Origin: Takakia lepidozioides
Lineage: Eukaryota > Plantae > Bryophyta
Assembly: GCA_030704615.1 (NCBI GenBank)
Contig: CM060731.1
Coordinates: 45,012,001 to 45,076,000, forward strand
Length of the DNA stretch: 64,000 nt
Direction: 5' to 3'
Position 1 is the stretch's first letter. Every line of letters starts with the position of its first letter. Both the position numbers and the translations under genes were made by a program. Below are positions 1 to 13,420 of the stretch, one piece after another. Below the pieces are notes generated by a model. It saw only the letters and a program-made list of their open reading frames with translations, had not been told where the DNA came from and ran no database searches.

Positions 1-190
1 ACTCCGCCACAAGTAAAGGATATCGAGTGTGGATCGATGAACTGCGTCGTATTGAAGAAAGCAGGGATATTCTCTTTGATGAGAACTTCAGTGAAGCTGA
101 TCTCAGCGGGAGCCAATCTGATCCCATGCAATGGCTTCGAGTCGAGGGCGACCTAGTACCAGTCTTCGCACCAATTATTCCACCAGCACC
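1..190 (+). mobile_element. Ty1/Copia fragment, region just downstream of the integrase core
   Basis: ORF 27..266 has WIDELRRIEESRDILFDE, matching the Copia post-integrase 'SRDVxFdE' motif. Confidence 0.65.
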
Positions 191-490
191 CTGTTCGATT
201 CAACATGTATACTGTTGTGTGAGCTGCTTCGGCCCAAAACATGATGTATACATGTGCCGCATGTAACATGGTTCTTACAGTCTCAATGATCGTTCTGTTC
301 TCCCGTTCCGAGGAGCCATTCTGTTCTGGCGTGAACGCGATGGTGAGATCTTGCTTGATCTGCTGTTCATCCAAGGATCCCATGAAGGCTCCATTCGTGT
401 ACTCTGTACCACGATCACTTCTGAGGATCTTCACTGAGTTGTCTGTCTCACATTTGAGTTGAGCCACAAACCGCTTGAATGCAGCAAGAA
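191..490 (-). mobile_element. Ty1/Copia integrase core fragment
   Basis: ORF 153..467 has LRSDRGTEY...TPEQNGSSERENRTIIETVRTML...FWAEAAHTTVYMLNR (rve D,D35E region). It is in the opposite orientation to the adjacent Copia piece. Confidence 0.9.
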
Positions 491-492
491 AC

Positions 493-594
493 TACTCATC
501 GTGCATACGACCACGCGGACCTTGACTTCTTGTCTAGTCTTGTACCTCTAGTCTGACCTCTTGTTTGTGTTCAGTCATGTTCTCGTCCTTGACA
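493..594 (+). mobile_element. 3' end fragment of the Tf1/Tcn1-type Gypsy LTR
   Basis: Near-identical to ~14405-14507 and to the reverse complement of 33551-33652; ends ...CCTTGACA. Confidence 0.85.
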
Positions 595-918
595 ATGTCA
601 GCCAAGTTAGCTTCAAGGTGAAGACTCCACATTCAATGTACCTGATACACGCTAAGGAGGGATGAGCACCACACATCAGTATATATAGCTACACTTCCAG
701 CACTCTTGTATCTTGTATTGGCAACATGGAGTCATAGGAACCAGATACATTAGAGCTGTCGCTTATCCAACTACCAGATCAACCGTTCCGACTTTCACGA
801 CCTTCAACATCACGCTGACGCTCTCGATACGATGGGCCACCAATGCGACGCGTACTTCCTCGTTTGGACCCCGTACGACGGTAAGTGGAGCCTACTCGAA
901 GTTGATAATTCTGTTGGT

Positions 919-1332
919 GGGACTTAGCCATTTTCGGGCCCAACCAGGGAAAATGGCGCCGAATTTCCAGTGCACAGCCCCGAAAATGGCTAAGTCCCTT
1001 TAGAGGCAGGCACCTCAACTGGAAATTCGACGCCATTTTTCCAGTTCCGGGCCTAGTGAGTTCTGGGACTTAGCCATTTTCGGCCCCAACCTGGGAAAAT
1101 GGCGCCGGTTTTCCAGTGCAGGGCCCCGAAAATGGCTAAGTCCCTAGTGTGGCAGGCACCGAAACCGGAAATTCGGCGCCATTTTTCCAGTTGCAGCCCC
1201 AGTTAGGGAAAATGGGAAAATGGGAAAATGGCGCCGAATTTCCAGTTCAGGGCCCCGAAAATGGCCAAGTCCCTGGAGTGGCTGGCACCGAAACTGGAAA
1301 TTTGGCGCCATTTTTCCAGTTCCGGGCCTAGT
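919..1332. repeat. ~146-bp tandem repeat (two full units plus one partial) with interleaved inverted repeats
   Basis: GGGACTTAGCCATTTTCGG starts at 919 and 1065. Each unit also contains its reverse complement CCGAAAATGGCTAAGTCCC and a second pair, AAAATGGCGCCGAATTTCC / GGAAATTCGRCGCCATTTT. Confidence 0.85.
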
Positions 1333-2953
1333 CATTTTCATTCCCTAAAATTTACCTCGTTCCCGGGACCTCATTCTGTGTGTTTCTTGAATGCAGGTAC
1401 TGCAAGTTGAGGCTTTGGACCCAGATGGCAACGAAATCATGTTTGAAGGTAGCTTCGAAAATCAGAATGCTCAAATCACTGCATGGTCCCAAGTTCAAGG
1501 TGTTGGACACTATCGATGGTTGCATGGACCTAATAATCATTTGAGTCAAGAACGAAGAGCCGAATACTTAGCAAGTACCATTCGTCGGATTTTGGATTTT
1601 CTCCAACTCTAAGCAAGTCCAAGATTTTACCGCTCCCCGAGGACGACGGCGCTAGAGGAGCAGGTGATGTCACGGACAGAGCTCAGAGGAACTTACCAGG
1701 AGTAAATACCAAAAGTTATCATGTTACCGAAAGTTACCATGATTTATCATGATTTATCATTACTTACACTACAACAGATGAGCGTTTTTATGAGTTCACA
1801 TATGACTATTTTTTCAGTCTTATATGCGTTCATGACTACATCACTCTGTAGTGAAAAAAACCCTGTCATAGCGACTAGTCTTTAGGATTGCGTTTTGCAA
1901 GTCATATCCGTGACTGCTTGCGTGGCACCTGGAGTCCTGTTGCAGAGAGGGTTGCAGTCACAACTATATGACTAATATATGACTAATATATGATTACATT
2001 GTCTGTTGAGCGCTGCCTACATGGAGAGGCTTCAGCGGGACACGTGCGCCACTGCGCAAGCGACACGTCATGCATTCGTCAGGGGATCATATGACTATAT
2101 GTCTACAAAGTGATGCCTACATGGAGAGGCGACGGATGGACACGTGCGCCACTGCGAATTTGACATGTCACGACTTCTTGCCATGATCATATGACTACAT
2201 GTCTGCACAGTGATGCCTACATGGAGAGGCGCTAGTAAGACACGTGTGCTATGGCAGATTTCACACGTGGTGACCACATGACTTGCTCATATGACTACAG
2301 GGATGTCTACATGGAGAGTTGTTAGCGGGACACCTGTTGCACTTGAGATGTGACATGTGGCACACAGACAAAATATATGACTAGCATATATGACTACGGA
2401 TCTTTACACGTAGTGAAAATATGGATAAAGAATGTCGTGTCATATACTGCCACGTGTTCTGGTTTGAGCAAGAGTGATGCCACGTATCATCAAGATTGTT
2501 TTCCGAAATAGTTTATATTTTAATGTTCATATTTATTTTTTAGTTTTTATTTAACATTTAAAAGAACAGGGAGATTACAGCCTTGGATTTTTTTTTTAAT
2601 GGTATTATTTTTAATATTATTATTTAAAATAAAAGTGAATTAAATGATTTAAAATCTTCATTACATGGTGAAATTCCAACATGAAAACAGAATGGATCCC
2701 TCCTGCATACTATCAACCACAAGGAGAATGAAAATAGTCAACTACAGGGCAATACAAGCCCTATAAATCACATTACAAAAATCCAAATGAGACCAATGTC
2801 CCAATGGACACTTCAAAAGCCACAAGGTCAAAAAATCCTTGCCTCAAAAGGCCCAGCCAAAAACAAGCAAGCCCACACATGGGCTGAATTGTTGTAGCTA
2901 GTATGTTCTAGTGCTATTAGAATCAAGAACTTTGTTAAACAGTGCAATACTGA

Positions 2954-3253
2954 CTATCCCTTCCGCAGCTCCATAAGTTTCAGTAACTTTAGACTCCAAA
3001 GTGTTGTCTGGCCAACCACTTGCCCCAACTCGGTTTGTTTCCTAACACCATTCACATATGGTAGAGGGGTGTTACGGACACATGCCTCTTTGATGTACAC
3101 ACAGGCATAATCAAGGGGCACAGCAGGGTACCCGTAACCCACCACAGCACCTTGAAGAGCAACAATCAGCCCTACTCCACATTTCTTGCGTTTGGAGTTC
3201 ACATCCAACAGCCAAACCTCGTCACCCACCCTGAACTGTGATCCCAACTCCAC
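2954..3253 (-). CDS. probable last exon of the CACTA second gene (TnpA/TNP1-like C-terminal domain)
   Basis: VGDEVWLLD...VPLDYACVYIKEACVRNTPLPY...LGQVVGQTTLWS resembles the C-terminal domain of En/Spm accessory proteins. Confidence 0.55.
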   Translation of the reverse strand: MELGSQFRVGDEVWLLDVNSKRKKCGVGLIVALQGAVVGYGYPAVPLDYACVYIKEACVRNTPLPYVNGVRKQTELGQVVGQTTLWSLKLLKLMELRKG

Positions 3254-3739
3254 ACAAAAAAGAACACGATGTGAAAACCCATGACATACACACGACTAGG
3301 ACACTCAACATTTGCGAATTAAAGAGAGCCCCAAGGTTGGAAAAAATAAAACAAACAAGACAACGGCCTGGACTTACTCCATTTGCAGTCTCCAGTGGTG
3401 GTGAGACCTCTTTTGGGGGGCTACTCGCCGGGTCGACACTCTTGCCCCTCGTCTGTACCGACTTGTCGACAATATCACCTTTGTTTGTCACAAGTTCCTG
3501 TGTCACAGACCAGAGAACAACCAGGAAAGCAATGAGCAAACAGGAATAGTGAATAGAAACAAAATCCAAGTATGAATCAAACAAAAAAAGCCAACATGAA
3601 AAGCTGAAAACCTAGCATTAATCAAGCAACCGAGGAGAAGCATCCAGGAAAGCAATGCAATGAATAATCCCACAAAATTGTAGCCTCTGGAGCACTGTCA
3701 GAATGTTTGTACCTTCACAATAGCAGTGTTGTATGGTTG

Positions 3740-4890
3740 TTGTCCGAAAACAGGCTGAGACTCCAAAAACTTGGGAATACTGGCAGTTCGATGCCTTCCA
3801 CAAGAAAGGCCACAACACCTCTGTTAGATACTCATCAGTTGGTGAATCTGGTTGCACCTTCCATGGCTCTAGAAAAATCCCACTGAAGGGAGGATTGTTT
3901 GCCGCCTTTCTTGGTGTGTCGTCAACAAGAACTGTGTCCTCATAAGTCCATTTTGGCCAGTCTGCCCACACTGTAGACAAGTTCTTGAAATATAATGGCT
4001 TTGAATCAGACCCCTTACGGCATGGGAGGACCGGATCCTCGTCACAGTGAAGGGCATCCCACTGGAAAACCAGGTTAGTGTGGGCTGCAAAAATATAGTC
4101 CACCATTGGGAAGAAGTTGCGAGCTTGGCAACAAGACCACACCGCCACCTCAAAGTGTTCAAAACACTTTTGCAAAAAGTCATAACAGTGTGGTCTCAAA
4201 ACTACCATCTTCTTGCCACACATCTTCCCCACAAAACCTTTGGGAAGGGATGCAGGCCCATTAGCAGAATGAAAAGATTCACATAACAGACCATTTAAGT
4301 CCAGAATTAGTAAATGCTTCCTCGTTGGTCCAGGAAGTAAACTGACATTTGGCTTCAACATGTGAGCAGGAGAAATTAAAGCAACCTGCTTGTTTGTTTT
4401 GTCCCCGTCTGCATCTTCCTCCCCATTTAAACTCCCACATACCTGCATACCAGAATCCGGTGTGCCCGGCGGCTCTGTCACCATTGCCCCCTGGACTGCT
4501 ACTGCCTTTGTACGTGGCAAGGGCTGAATTTCCACGTGTACCTCACAGCTGGCCTTCCCTGTATCCTGCTGCTGCTCGGTCAAATTCAAAAGATCATCAG
4601 TGACAGGAAGACATAAGGGCTTAGAGTGAGCACCAGTTACCGTCTGAAATTGGGATTCCAAATATTTTGATACTATCACAGTAGACGTATCCATCGTAGA
4701 TATCACTGGTCCTGCGCCTAGTAGATTAATCCCCAATCTGGTCACAATGGCTTTCTGGTACTCAATCATACTCTGCATCTGTAATTTTAATTCTGCCATG
4801 TCACGTCCTTGTGATTCCACCAGTTTGTCCAAGCCATCCATCGTGCCAACTACTGTAGAATATGCGAGACTTCCCTCCTGCCAATCCATG
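3740..4890 (-). CDS. FCP1/NIF-like HAD phosphatase domain exon inside CACTA element 1
   Basis: ORF 3618..5030 has KHLLILDLNGLL, LRPHCYDFLQKCFEHFEVAVWS, PLYFKNLSTVW and TVLVDDTPRKAANNP (NIF-family HAD motifs). Confidence 0.85.
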
Positions 4891-5239
4891 AAAACTTGCC
4901 CCAAGTATGAATCAAACCAAAAAAACCTAGCATGAACAACCATTGGAAAGAAAACCCAGGCCAAAAGCCGTGAAAAAAACCCTAGCAACCTATGATGCAG
5001 CAACCACTTTAGCAAACGTGGAAAACACACTTACCTGCCTGTCACTCCCAGCTGACAACCGTGACACTGAACCCTCTTGAATTTCATATAATGTAGGAGG
5101 GGACCCTGATAGTGTTTCCTACAAATTAATCCATGCCACAAACAAACCCATGCCACAAGTCAGTAAGCAATGTGAGGGCTGACTATATACACATAGCAAT
5201 TCAATGAGGAACAAAATACAGAGTCGTGATGATGCCACT

Positions 5240-6640
5240 TACCAAGCGTGCTTCCACCATTGCCTTCCCACCACGGCCAGTCTTGGTAGGATTCAGAATT
5301 GCACCATTTGTCTTCTTCATGTTGCCCGACACTTTGTGGAACACCTCTGTCTGCCAGTAACTTACAAGCTTGTTCCATACCTCGTCAGATACAGTAATGG
5401 GTTTCCCCTTACCACCCAACCACGCAGTGTGTGCTTCATAACGCTGGCTCTTCATTATTCTGCCAATTGTTTGTTTTAGGTGGAAGTCTTTTAACTTGTG
5501 TGGCGTATATGAAAATAGCTTAGCCAGGTGATCTCTGATTTCGTATACAACTTCATCAGATTGGTTGTTGATGGCAAGGGAACAATCTAGCTTGCGATAA
5601 GCCTGTCCTTTAAGGGCAGCGTGCCATACATTCTGGGTCTGACCATACGGGGCTCCTTTGAGGTTCGTCAAAATCACCGTGGGAGGAAGACCTGCAGCTA
5701 TTCTCTCTTCCTTCACCTTGGCAGCTTCAATTTTGGCTGAGCTATTAGCCCTCCTTAAAGCATTGGTTCTATCATTCTTTGAAACGACACCCTCCCCTCA
5801 TTCAGAGACCTCTGTGCGCTCAGGAGAATTCAAAGCAGGATCCTGCCAAGTAGGGACTGGTGGCCATGGCTGTTGGCCAGAAGGCCGAGATTACCCAAAA
5901 CTCAGTATGATCTTGGGCAGTAAATCTCCCAAATTTGATTGGCCCCAATGATGTCCTCCCAGTACATTTTTGAGCCCTCTTAGGTATGGGGTGTTCCTGA
6001 AATCCATAGCATGAATTCAAATGGACAAACCTGATGAATCCATGAGAAGTATCCCTCCAAGTTTTACTGATATTCTGGGTGCATAAGTAACCCAAGTATC
6101 TCTATAAGTAGCCATTGTAGCTTAGTACCAGGACGTTGGTTTCATGGGGCAAAGAATTTGAACACACCTGAAGTCTACATTGGCCTGACATCATGCCTTT
6201 GGCACTTCAACTTGTCTAGTGGAAATCATTTGTGATTGTGCCTTGGCTGACCCCTGCATTGTCCAACTTCCATGTCTTGACAGACATACCCTATCTCTTC
6301 GTGATTTTACCAAAAACATACATAATTTGAATCATGGTCATTGTGAAGAACTATAACTCACAGACGGAGAAGGTGTTCGTAGTGTAGATGATGGGCGTTT
6401 TTGTCCTGCGACATGAGCATGGGCATGTTCTCCTTGGCTTGCCGTGGCATCCGCCGACGACGCACTCGCCTCGCACTGGCGTGGGAGGAGTGGATCGTCC
6501 TCATCGTCCTCAGAAGAGCCCTCATGCAGAATCGTAGTCTTCATCGTCTTCAGTCTGGCACTTTGCCTTGCAGGACCTTGATCCCTAGCTTTTTCCTTCG
6601 GAGCGCGTGGCTTGCGAGGGCGATTCGCTCCCGCAAGCCT
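5240..6640 (-). CDS. upstream exons of the CACTA second gene (TnpA/Ptta-like), divergent from the transposase
   Basis: ORF 5201..5716 (KPITVSDEVWNKLVSYWQTEVFHKVSGNMK...TGRGG) resembles the En/Spm Ptta region; GTAAG donors near 5240 and 5033 on the minus strand. Confidence 0.6.
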
Positions 6641-7217
6641 GCACAAACACCTCCATGACCTCCCTCTCAAACAATCACAAACAAATGCAAGCATACATAC
6701 CCTAATACTCTTAAGCCTACGCTGAACCACAGCCGCACCCTACCAGGACGTAATGGCTGCCCACGAATGACGGCGGACATCTCCCGCCTAATGACACACC
6801 CTCCTCAAACCTAATCGTCACTCACTGCATGTTGTTTGCCTCTCTGTTTGTACAAGTCGCAGCTACTCGCCCCCATTTGTGCTATGAAGCTTATGATCGT
6901 TGTAGGAAGGTTAGAGGATAAGGTGAATCGCAAGTTTAGTGGGTGGGTATCCAAAGTCAGGAACTAAACTCACCCATCTATCGACTGCTTGAACGTTGCT
7001 TCCACCTCCTTTATGGCAGCAATCCGGCGCTCTCGGAACTTCTCGTACTCAGTGAGAGGGACTGTCACTTCGAAGACCTTCCGCTTCACCATGGACACTC
7101 AGAAACGATACTTATAGTATACTATAGATATAGAAATAGCACATTGGCAGCTGGTGCAAAACTAGAGACAATGCACTGTGCGTAGCATGCAAAGAGGGAA
7201 GGGGTGACGTTCAAAGC

Positions 7218-10200
7218 ATGTACAGTGCAGGTGGCGAACGGATGCGTAGGCGTAGAATAGATGACCGTCTATGGCGAATGGAAGAAGCTTATGCCACAAG
7301 GAATGGGCATACAAAAATGCTATGCAACTGCGATGAGTGTCATGGAGGAAAAGTACTGTTGTTGGAAACAGTGAGGAATCATTACATGATACACGGGAGG
7401 GATCCTCTTCTCCAACGCTGTTCTCTTCCGGTAAGATCGCCACTTTCCCTTCAGCACTTTAGTTTGAATTTTGAATGCAACGATCCTCTTCTCCACATGT
7501 CGACATTTCGTTGGGTGATTGTAGTCAAGAAGTCATAAGATACAGACGTGACTATGACTACGCCACTTCCGTTATCACTTTAATTAATGCACATGTCGTG
7601 TTTTCATTGGTCATGTGTAGTCATGTAGTCATATATGACTAAGTAAGTGACTGCAACTATGACTTCAATGGTTACAAATGTCGTGTTTTGATTGGGTGTA
7701 TATTCATAAGATACATACGTAAATATGACTGCATCACTGCAACGTCACCGTGCCTCCTATGTCATAATATGAACAAGTGTCACATCGTTGTTGGTCCACT
7801 CACAAGATGACTATTGGGATGCAGGGATGTGAATATTCAGATGATGAAGACGAAGGCCCTGCGGCACAGCGGGAGCCCAATGTCACAGAGAACGCAGATG
7901 AGAGTGGTGGATTGGAGGTAGAAATGCAGCGTGCATTGCAGGAAGCGTTTCTCTTTGCAGATGCAAACAGAGAGGACCCCATTCATGGTGGAACCGATCA
8001 CACATTTGCCGATCATGACGATGATCTCGACGATTCCGGAGACAATGAATTTGATGAGAATGCTCACCTGCACGTTGATCCCGAGTATGATAAACTCTTC
8101 CGACAGTCGCAATGTCCACTTTTTGAAGGGTGCTCCATCTGCAAGCAACTTTGACGTTGCTGAACGCATGCACTACCCACAAGTGCACCAATGCATTTGT
8201 GGATGAGCTTCTGGGATTGTTGCGTAAGAGTTTTTTGCCTAAAGAGAATTCATTGCCGAAAACTCACTATGAAGCAAAAACCATGATTGCCAAGATGGGA
8301 TTGCAGTACACGATGATTCATGCCTGTGAGCGTGGTTGTGTACTCTTCCGTGGGGAGTATGAGAATGTAGACATTTGCCCAGTGTGCCGCAGTTCCCGTT
8401 ACATTCCAGGTCGTGGAAGTGTGCCCAAGAAAGTATTGCGACACTTCCCTGTCATTCCAAGGTTGAAACGTATGTACCGATGTAAATCGATCGCTAACCT
8501 CATGACATGGCACGACAGACATAAGAGCCAGGATGGGTTGGTTCGACATCCAGCTGATAGCAAAGCATGGAGACACATTGACACCACATTTGCGGATTTT
8601 GCTGCAGAGCCACGATCTCTGCGATTTGGATTGGCCTTAGACGGTGTAAATCCCTACGGAGCTCAATCCACAAGTTGGAGCACATGGCCCGTTCTCTTGG
8701 TCAATTACAATCTGCCTCCGTGGTTAATGACCAAAAAGTTCTTTGTCATGTTAGCGCTACTGATTCCTGGTAAGGAGTCTGTTACCTCGGACAACGTAGA
8801 TGTTTACCTGATGCCCCTAGTGGAAGAGCTACTGGAACTATGGAGAGGGATTGCAGCTCATGATGTTTCCCGTCCTCGTGGTCAACGCGAATTCACACTG
8901 AGGGCAGTGTTGATGTGGTCAATCCATGACTACCCTGCATATGGCTTGCTCTCAGGTCAAGTGACGAAAGGTTATGCTGGTTGTCCAGCTTGTGGACCCG
9001 GGGTGACTTCACAGCAGTTACACACATGTGGAAAAATTGTTTTCCTAGGCCACCGAAGATTTTTGGCCCGCAATCATCCATATAGAAGGTCAAGAATGTT
9101 CAATGGCGCTACTGAGCATGGAACTCCTCCAAAAACGCAGACTGGAACACAAATCAAGGACCTTGCAACAGCTCGCACTGCATGGGTGGAAAACGGAGGG
9201 ACGCCAGATAGCAGGACAGACCCAGCAAAAACTCATGGAGTTAAGCGATTGTCAATTTTATATGTCTTACCTTATTGGGAGGTAATTCCTTCATGGCCTT
9301 TAAATTGGCTGTGTACATTTTTGCGTTTTCTGTTTAAATTGTGATGAGTAAATGCTCAATTGCTTATGTGTTCATTTTGTAGGGTCTCCTCATCCGCCAC
9401 ACGTTTGACGCAATGCATTGCGAGAAGAACTTGGCTGAAAATATTATTAAAACTATCTTTGGTGAGAAAGACACATTGAAAGTTCGCCGTGATTTGGAGC
9501 TACTTGGGATGCGCCCGGAATTGTGGCTACAACGTGATCCTGACAGAGCAGATACGTTAATTATGCCTCCTGCCCCTTATGTCCTCACTGAGGCTGAGTT
9601 ACAAGTCTTTCTGGAGATTGTGCAGAACTTGAAAGTGCCAACAGGCTACGCATCAGCTTTCAAAAAGCATGTGGTGAAGAAGAAGTTGTCTGGCATGAAA
9701 TCACATGACTATCATGTGCTCATGCAGCAAATTATACCGCTTGCTATCCGTGGGCTCATGCCAAGTGGTCCTCGAAGGGCCATTTTGCGAGTATGTCGTG
9801 TATTTAAGAAGTTGTGTGCAAAAGTGGTGAATCCTGTAGAGTATGAGGAATTGAGAACTGAAGCAGTTCTCACTCTGTGTCTTATAGAGAAGGAGTTCCC
9901 ACCATCATTTTTTGATGTGATGACACATCTGGTTGTTCACCTAGTGGATGAGTTGTACTTATGCGGGCCCGTAGCATCTCGTTGGATGTACCCCATGGAG
10001 CGGGCAATGAAAGATATGAAGGGCTACGTAAGAAACATGGCAAGGCCCGAGGGGAGCATGGCAGAAGGATACCAATTTGAAGAAGCATTGGGTTTTTGCA
10101 CAGAGTATATGGCAGGATTTGATGGAAGTGTACGAAGGGTGTGGGATGCAGATGAGGCAGAATCTGTGGAACGTGAAGTTGTGGAAGGAAGTTCTAAAGC

Positions 10201-11364
10201 CCGAAAATTGAATGACCTGTGTGATATTGTACATGAGTACATCATTCAGAACCATCCTCGTCTATCAGTCATGTTGGGGTAAGAAATCTACTTCATTGAC
10301 ATTCAGATTTCCAAGTTTTAGTCATTTATCATTAGTTGGCATATGGCGTCTTTTCAAATCTCCCACGCCACCTCTGTCAATCTCCTGGCTGACCCTCGGA
10401 TTGTGACAGGATATATGAAGCAGAGTCCACACGGATAGAAGCCAGACGACGCTTGTTTCGTGAGGAGCAAGGGCTGGAAGGCATGAGCAATCCCACGGCA
10501 ATTCAGTACCCTCCTGATTTGCATCCTTGTCCTCCATTTGCTGTTTGGCTCCCTCAAGGTGTACGGGATCATCTCTCAATTCAATCAGATGGGCTTGATC
10601 CTACAACACGTGAGGAATTACTGGATCTTTCAAGGCCTCCATCATTTACTGCCCTGTCATTCAAGAGTATGACAGCGTATGGTAACCATTACAGGGTTAC
10701 ATCCCCCGGCATGAACACAACAAGTATGGTGTCTTTTGATTGTGGAGTCTCATCTGTTTTCCAGCACCAGCCCATTACCAACAATTCAGGCAATGACATG
10801 GAGGAACCTACAAGATATGTGGGTCTTATAAGGGAGATTTTGCAAATTGACTATGGCCAAACACAACCTATAGTGTTTTTGTGTTCGTGGGTACGGGCGA
10901 GTCGCGTGGGTCGTCAACCTATGTCAATGAAGCAGGATGATGCTGGCTTCACACTTGTCAATTTTAACCGTATGCTTCCACCTTCTGAGCAACCTTTTGT
11001 GTTTCCTGGCCAGGTTGATCAAGTGTTTTTTTCTGATTGTGTGAAGGAGCCGGGGTGGAAAGTCGTCCTGGAGAAGAGCCCCCGAGCACGTAGAGTGGTC
11101 TGCGACATATCAATTGATAATGATGATGTGGCGGAAGTGGAAGGATTGTTAGCCCCACAAAGACTAGAGGAGACTCTGGTTACTGATGGCCCAACATGCA
11201 GCCGAGCGGTACCGGTTACTCCAGAGCAGGTGGCCTCCTTGTACCTCCGAGCACCCCGTATACGTGGTGATGATGTTCAGCCAACCCTTGGACAAGATCA
11301 AGTCTGTGATGAAGACAGTGATACATGTAGTGACCCAGACATAGATGAGGATGATGAAGATTAG
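7218..11364 (+). CDS. CACTA transposase (TnpD/Tnp2), spliced; one apparent frameshift near 8150
   Basis: Transposase-associated exon 7218-7430. Transposase_21 motifs (RHPADSKAW, LALDGVNPY, WSIHDYPAY) run to a GT donor at 9282. After the AG at 9381-9382 come MHCEKN, KSHDYH, FPPSFFDVMTHL and WMYPMER, then a DUF4216-like EQPFVFPGQVDQVFF. Confidence 0.95.
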
Positions 11365-11742
11365 ATATGCGCGATTTGTGCACTCCAGTTATAGACCATG
11401 CATGATAGTTTAAGGTGGTAACACTCCCTTCGCATTCCCATTAAGATATCATGCTTGGACACTGGATTTTATGATCAATTATGGAGTGCTTTCCTTTCAG
11501 CACCCTTTATTCATTTGTTGTTGCAATTGGCTTTGGACCAACCCGTGCTGGTACCATTGCCATGGGTTCTGCCTGCAATGTTTTCTTGCCATGGATTCGG
11601 CACACGCCACGAAAGGCCATCCAGACCATCCTCTGGAAATGCTCCAATGTTGTTTCAAACATCTCCACATTGCAATGGATACAACACTGACATTAGATGA
11701 GTGAAAGTGAGACTAGACCTCCAGCCAGCCGGCTTTCCCACA

Positions 11743-12590
11743 TCAAATTGAAGGGGATCTGTAGATTATAGATAACGGCTGTTGCCTTCTCAATGTCTTT
11801 TCCAATCACCTCTGCAATGAACTGGGGTATAAGATCCTTCAAATCACAAGTTTGAGCATCACGCACAAGCCACTTACGGGGATAGAGTTTCCAATGCGAA
11901 CCATTGGTCTTTTATTGATAGCATTGTTGTAAAATACATGGACCAACATGGTCAATTTCGGGAATGACATATAGTACGCTTTCATGTACTATGTAAGCAT
12001 GCAACTATGTACCAGTGACGTGGCTTGTTCGCCACTTAACCTGTTTGCCCATTCAGCCAGCTCCACATTGTCATGGATTTTGCATGCTGGATTGTGAGGC
12101 CATCCACACCGTCCTCTGGAAATGCTATCATGGGGTTTCAGCTATGTCCACATTTCCCTGGATTATGCCTGCACGAAGCAAGGCCAACTGCATTCAGCAC
12201 CCTCCACTTTATTATAGTATTGCAGCAACATTCAAAGCACTTCAATTTGTATCCATCGAAAACATCTAGGCTGGAAAAAGACATTGTTGCAGCAGAACTT
12301 AGGAAAGTACTTCTCCCCTTCCACTACACACGTGAAATGAAAGAAGCCAACCAACAGCATACCAGCCAAGAAAATATGAAACCAGCCAAGAAAAGAGCCA
12401 ATATATGCAGTGAAGGTCGACACTAAATGAAACTTATCCAACACTTACATTAGAGGAGGGAAGCTAAGTCTTACCTCCATAAGCTTGCCCACATCAAATT
12501 TGGGAGCTTTCAGAATTTTTCCTTTCCGGTTGAATGAACTTGGCTACAAGATCCTTCAAATCACAAGTTTGAGCTTCACACACAATGAAC
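11743..12590 (-). pseudogene. RPS3A: two captured fragments of 40S ribosomal protein S3a/eS1 (~11743-11870 and ~12476-12590)
   Basis: The minus strand reads CDLKDLIPQFIAEVIGKDIEKATAVIYNLQ and CDLKDLVAKFIQPERKILKAPKFDVGKLME; the second is followed by a GTAAG donor. Confidence 0.85.
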
Positions 12591-12714
12591 TTGCAGGGAT
12601 TGAGCTTCCAATGCGAACCAGGAGTCTTATATTGATAGCATTGTTGTAAAACACATGGACCAACAATGACAGTCTCTGGAATGACATATAGTACAGTAAT
12701 GACATATAGTACAA

Positions 12715-13420
12715 CATGCCGCTTCCAGTTGACCATCTACCCATGTAGGTTTCTTGTACCTATCCTTCCACAGGGAATCATAGGTAATGTGGAGCTTGAA
12801 ATCCAGCCCTCTTGGATGAATCTGGACCCACACTCTATCCCTGCTCCTTCAGCTATCCATGCCTCTGACAGCCTACAATTCTACCAGCAAACACCCCAAC
12901 CATACTGGTGTGGAGTTCTTCCCCAAAACACCCCAACCCTACTTATCACAATCTGAAATGCATCTGCTTCTCTCTGTAGTCCAACAGGCATTCGCCTTTT
13001 TGTCTCCATTGTCCCACCATTGGGGTCGGAAAGTGTTCACCCCAAAGCTTCTCCTCACCTCTATTATATGTTTTTGGATACTTCCCTGCTGCCACACTGG
13101 CAGTAACTTGCCAAAGTCACTCCAAACCACCACAGATCTACCCAACGACCTTTACAGAATTCAATATGCATCTTGCGGCCGAGTCTGATGAGAAGGCAAC
13201 ACAGGCTGAAATAGGTTGAAGAAGAAGGTGCCCTACCACATTGTCCTTGACCTGTCCTGACCCATGGAGGATTTGACCGATGACCTCTTGTGTGTGCTGC
13301 TTGTGTCTGTAGTCAGGTAATGTCGGATTGGTCTGTCAGATCGAACCACTACGGCGTAGATGAGTAGTCAGAGATTGAAACACGCTTGCTAAGACCAAGC
13401 TGACTCTCCCAAGAACGGCG
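12715..13420 (-). pseudogene. cargo block with an OSB-type PDF-motif fragment, shared with CACTA elements 2 and 3
   Basis: QWWDNGDKK and IHPRGLDFKLHITYDSLWKDRYKKPTWVD; the nucleotide sequence recurs at ~15760-17320 and ~25990-27560. Confidence 0.8.

Noticed and set aside
919-1332. CRISPR-like array (also considered for 37140-37480 and 38236-38503)
   Set aside because: Whole units repeat without unique spacers, there are no cas genes, and the context is eukaryotic.
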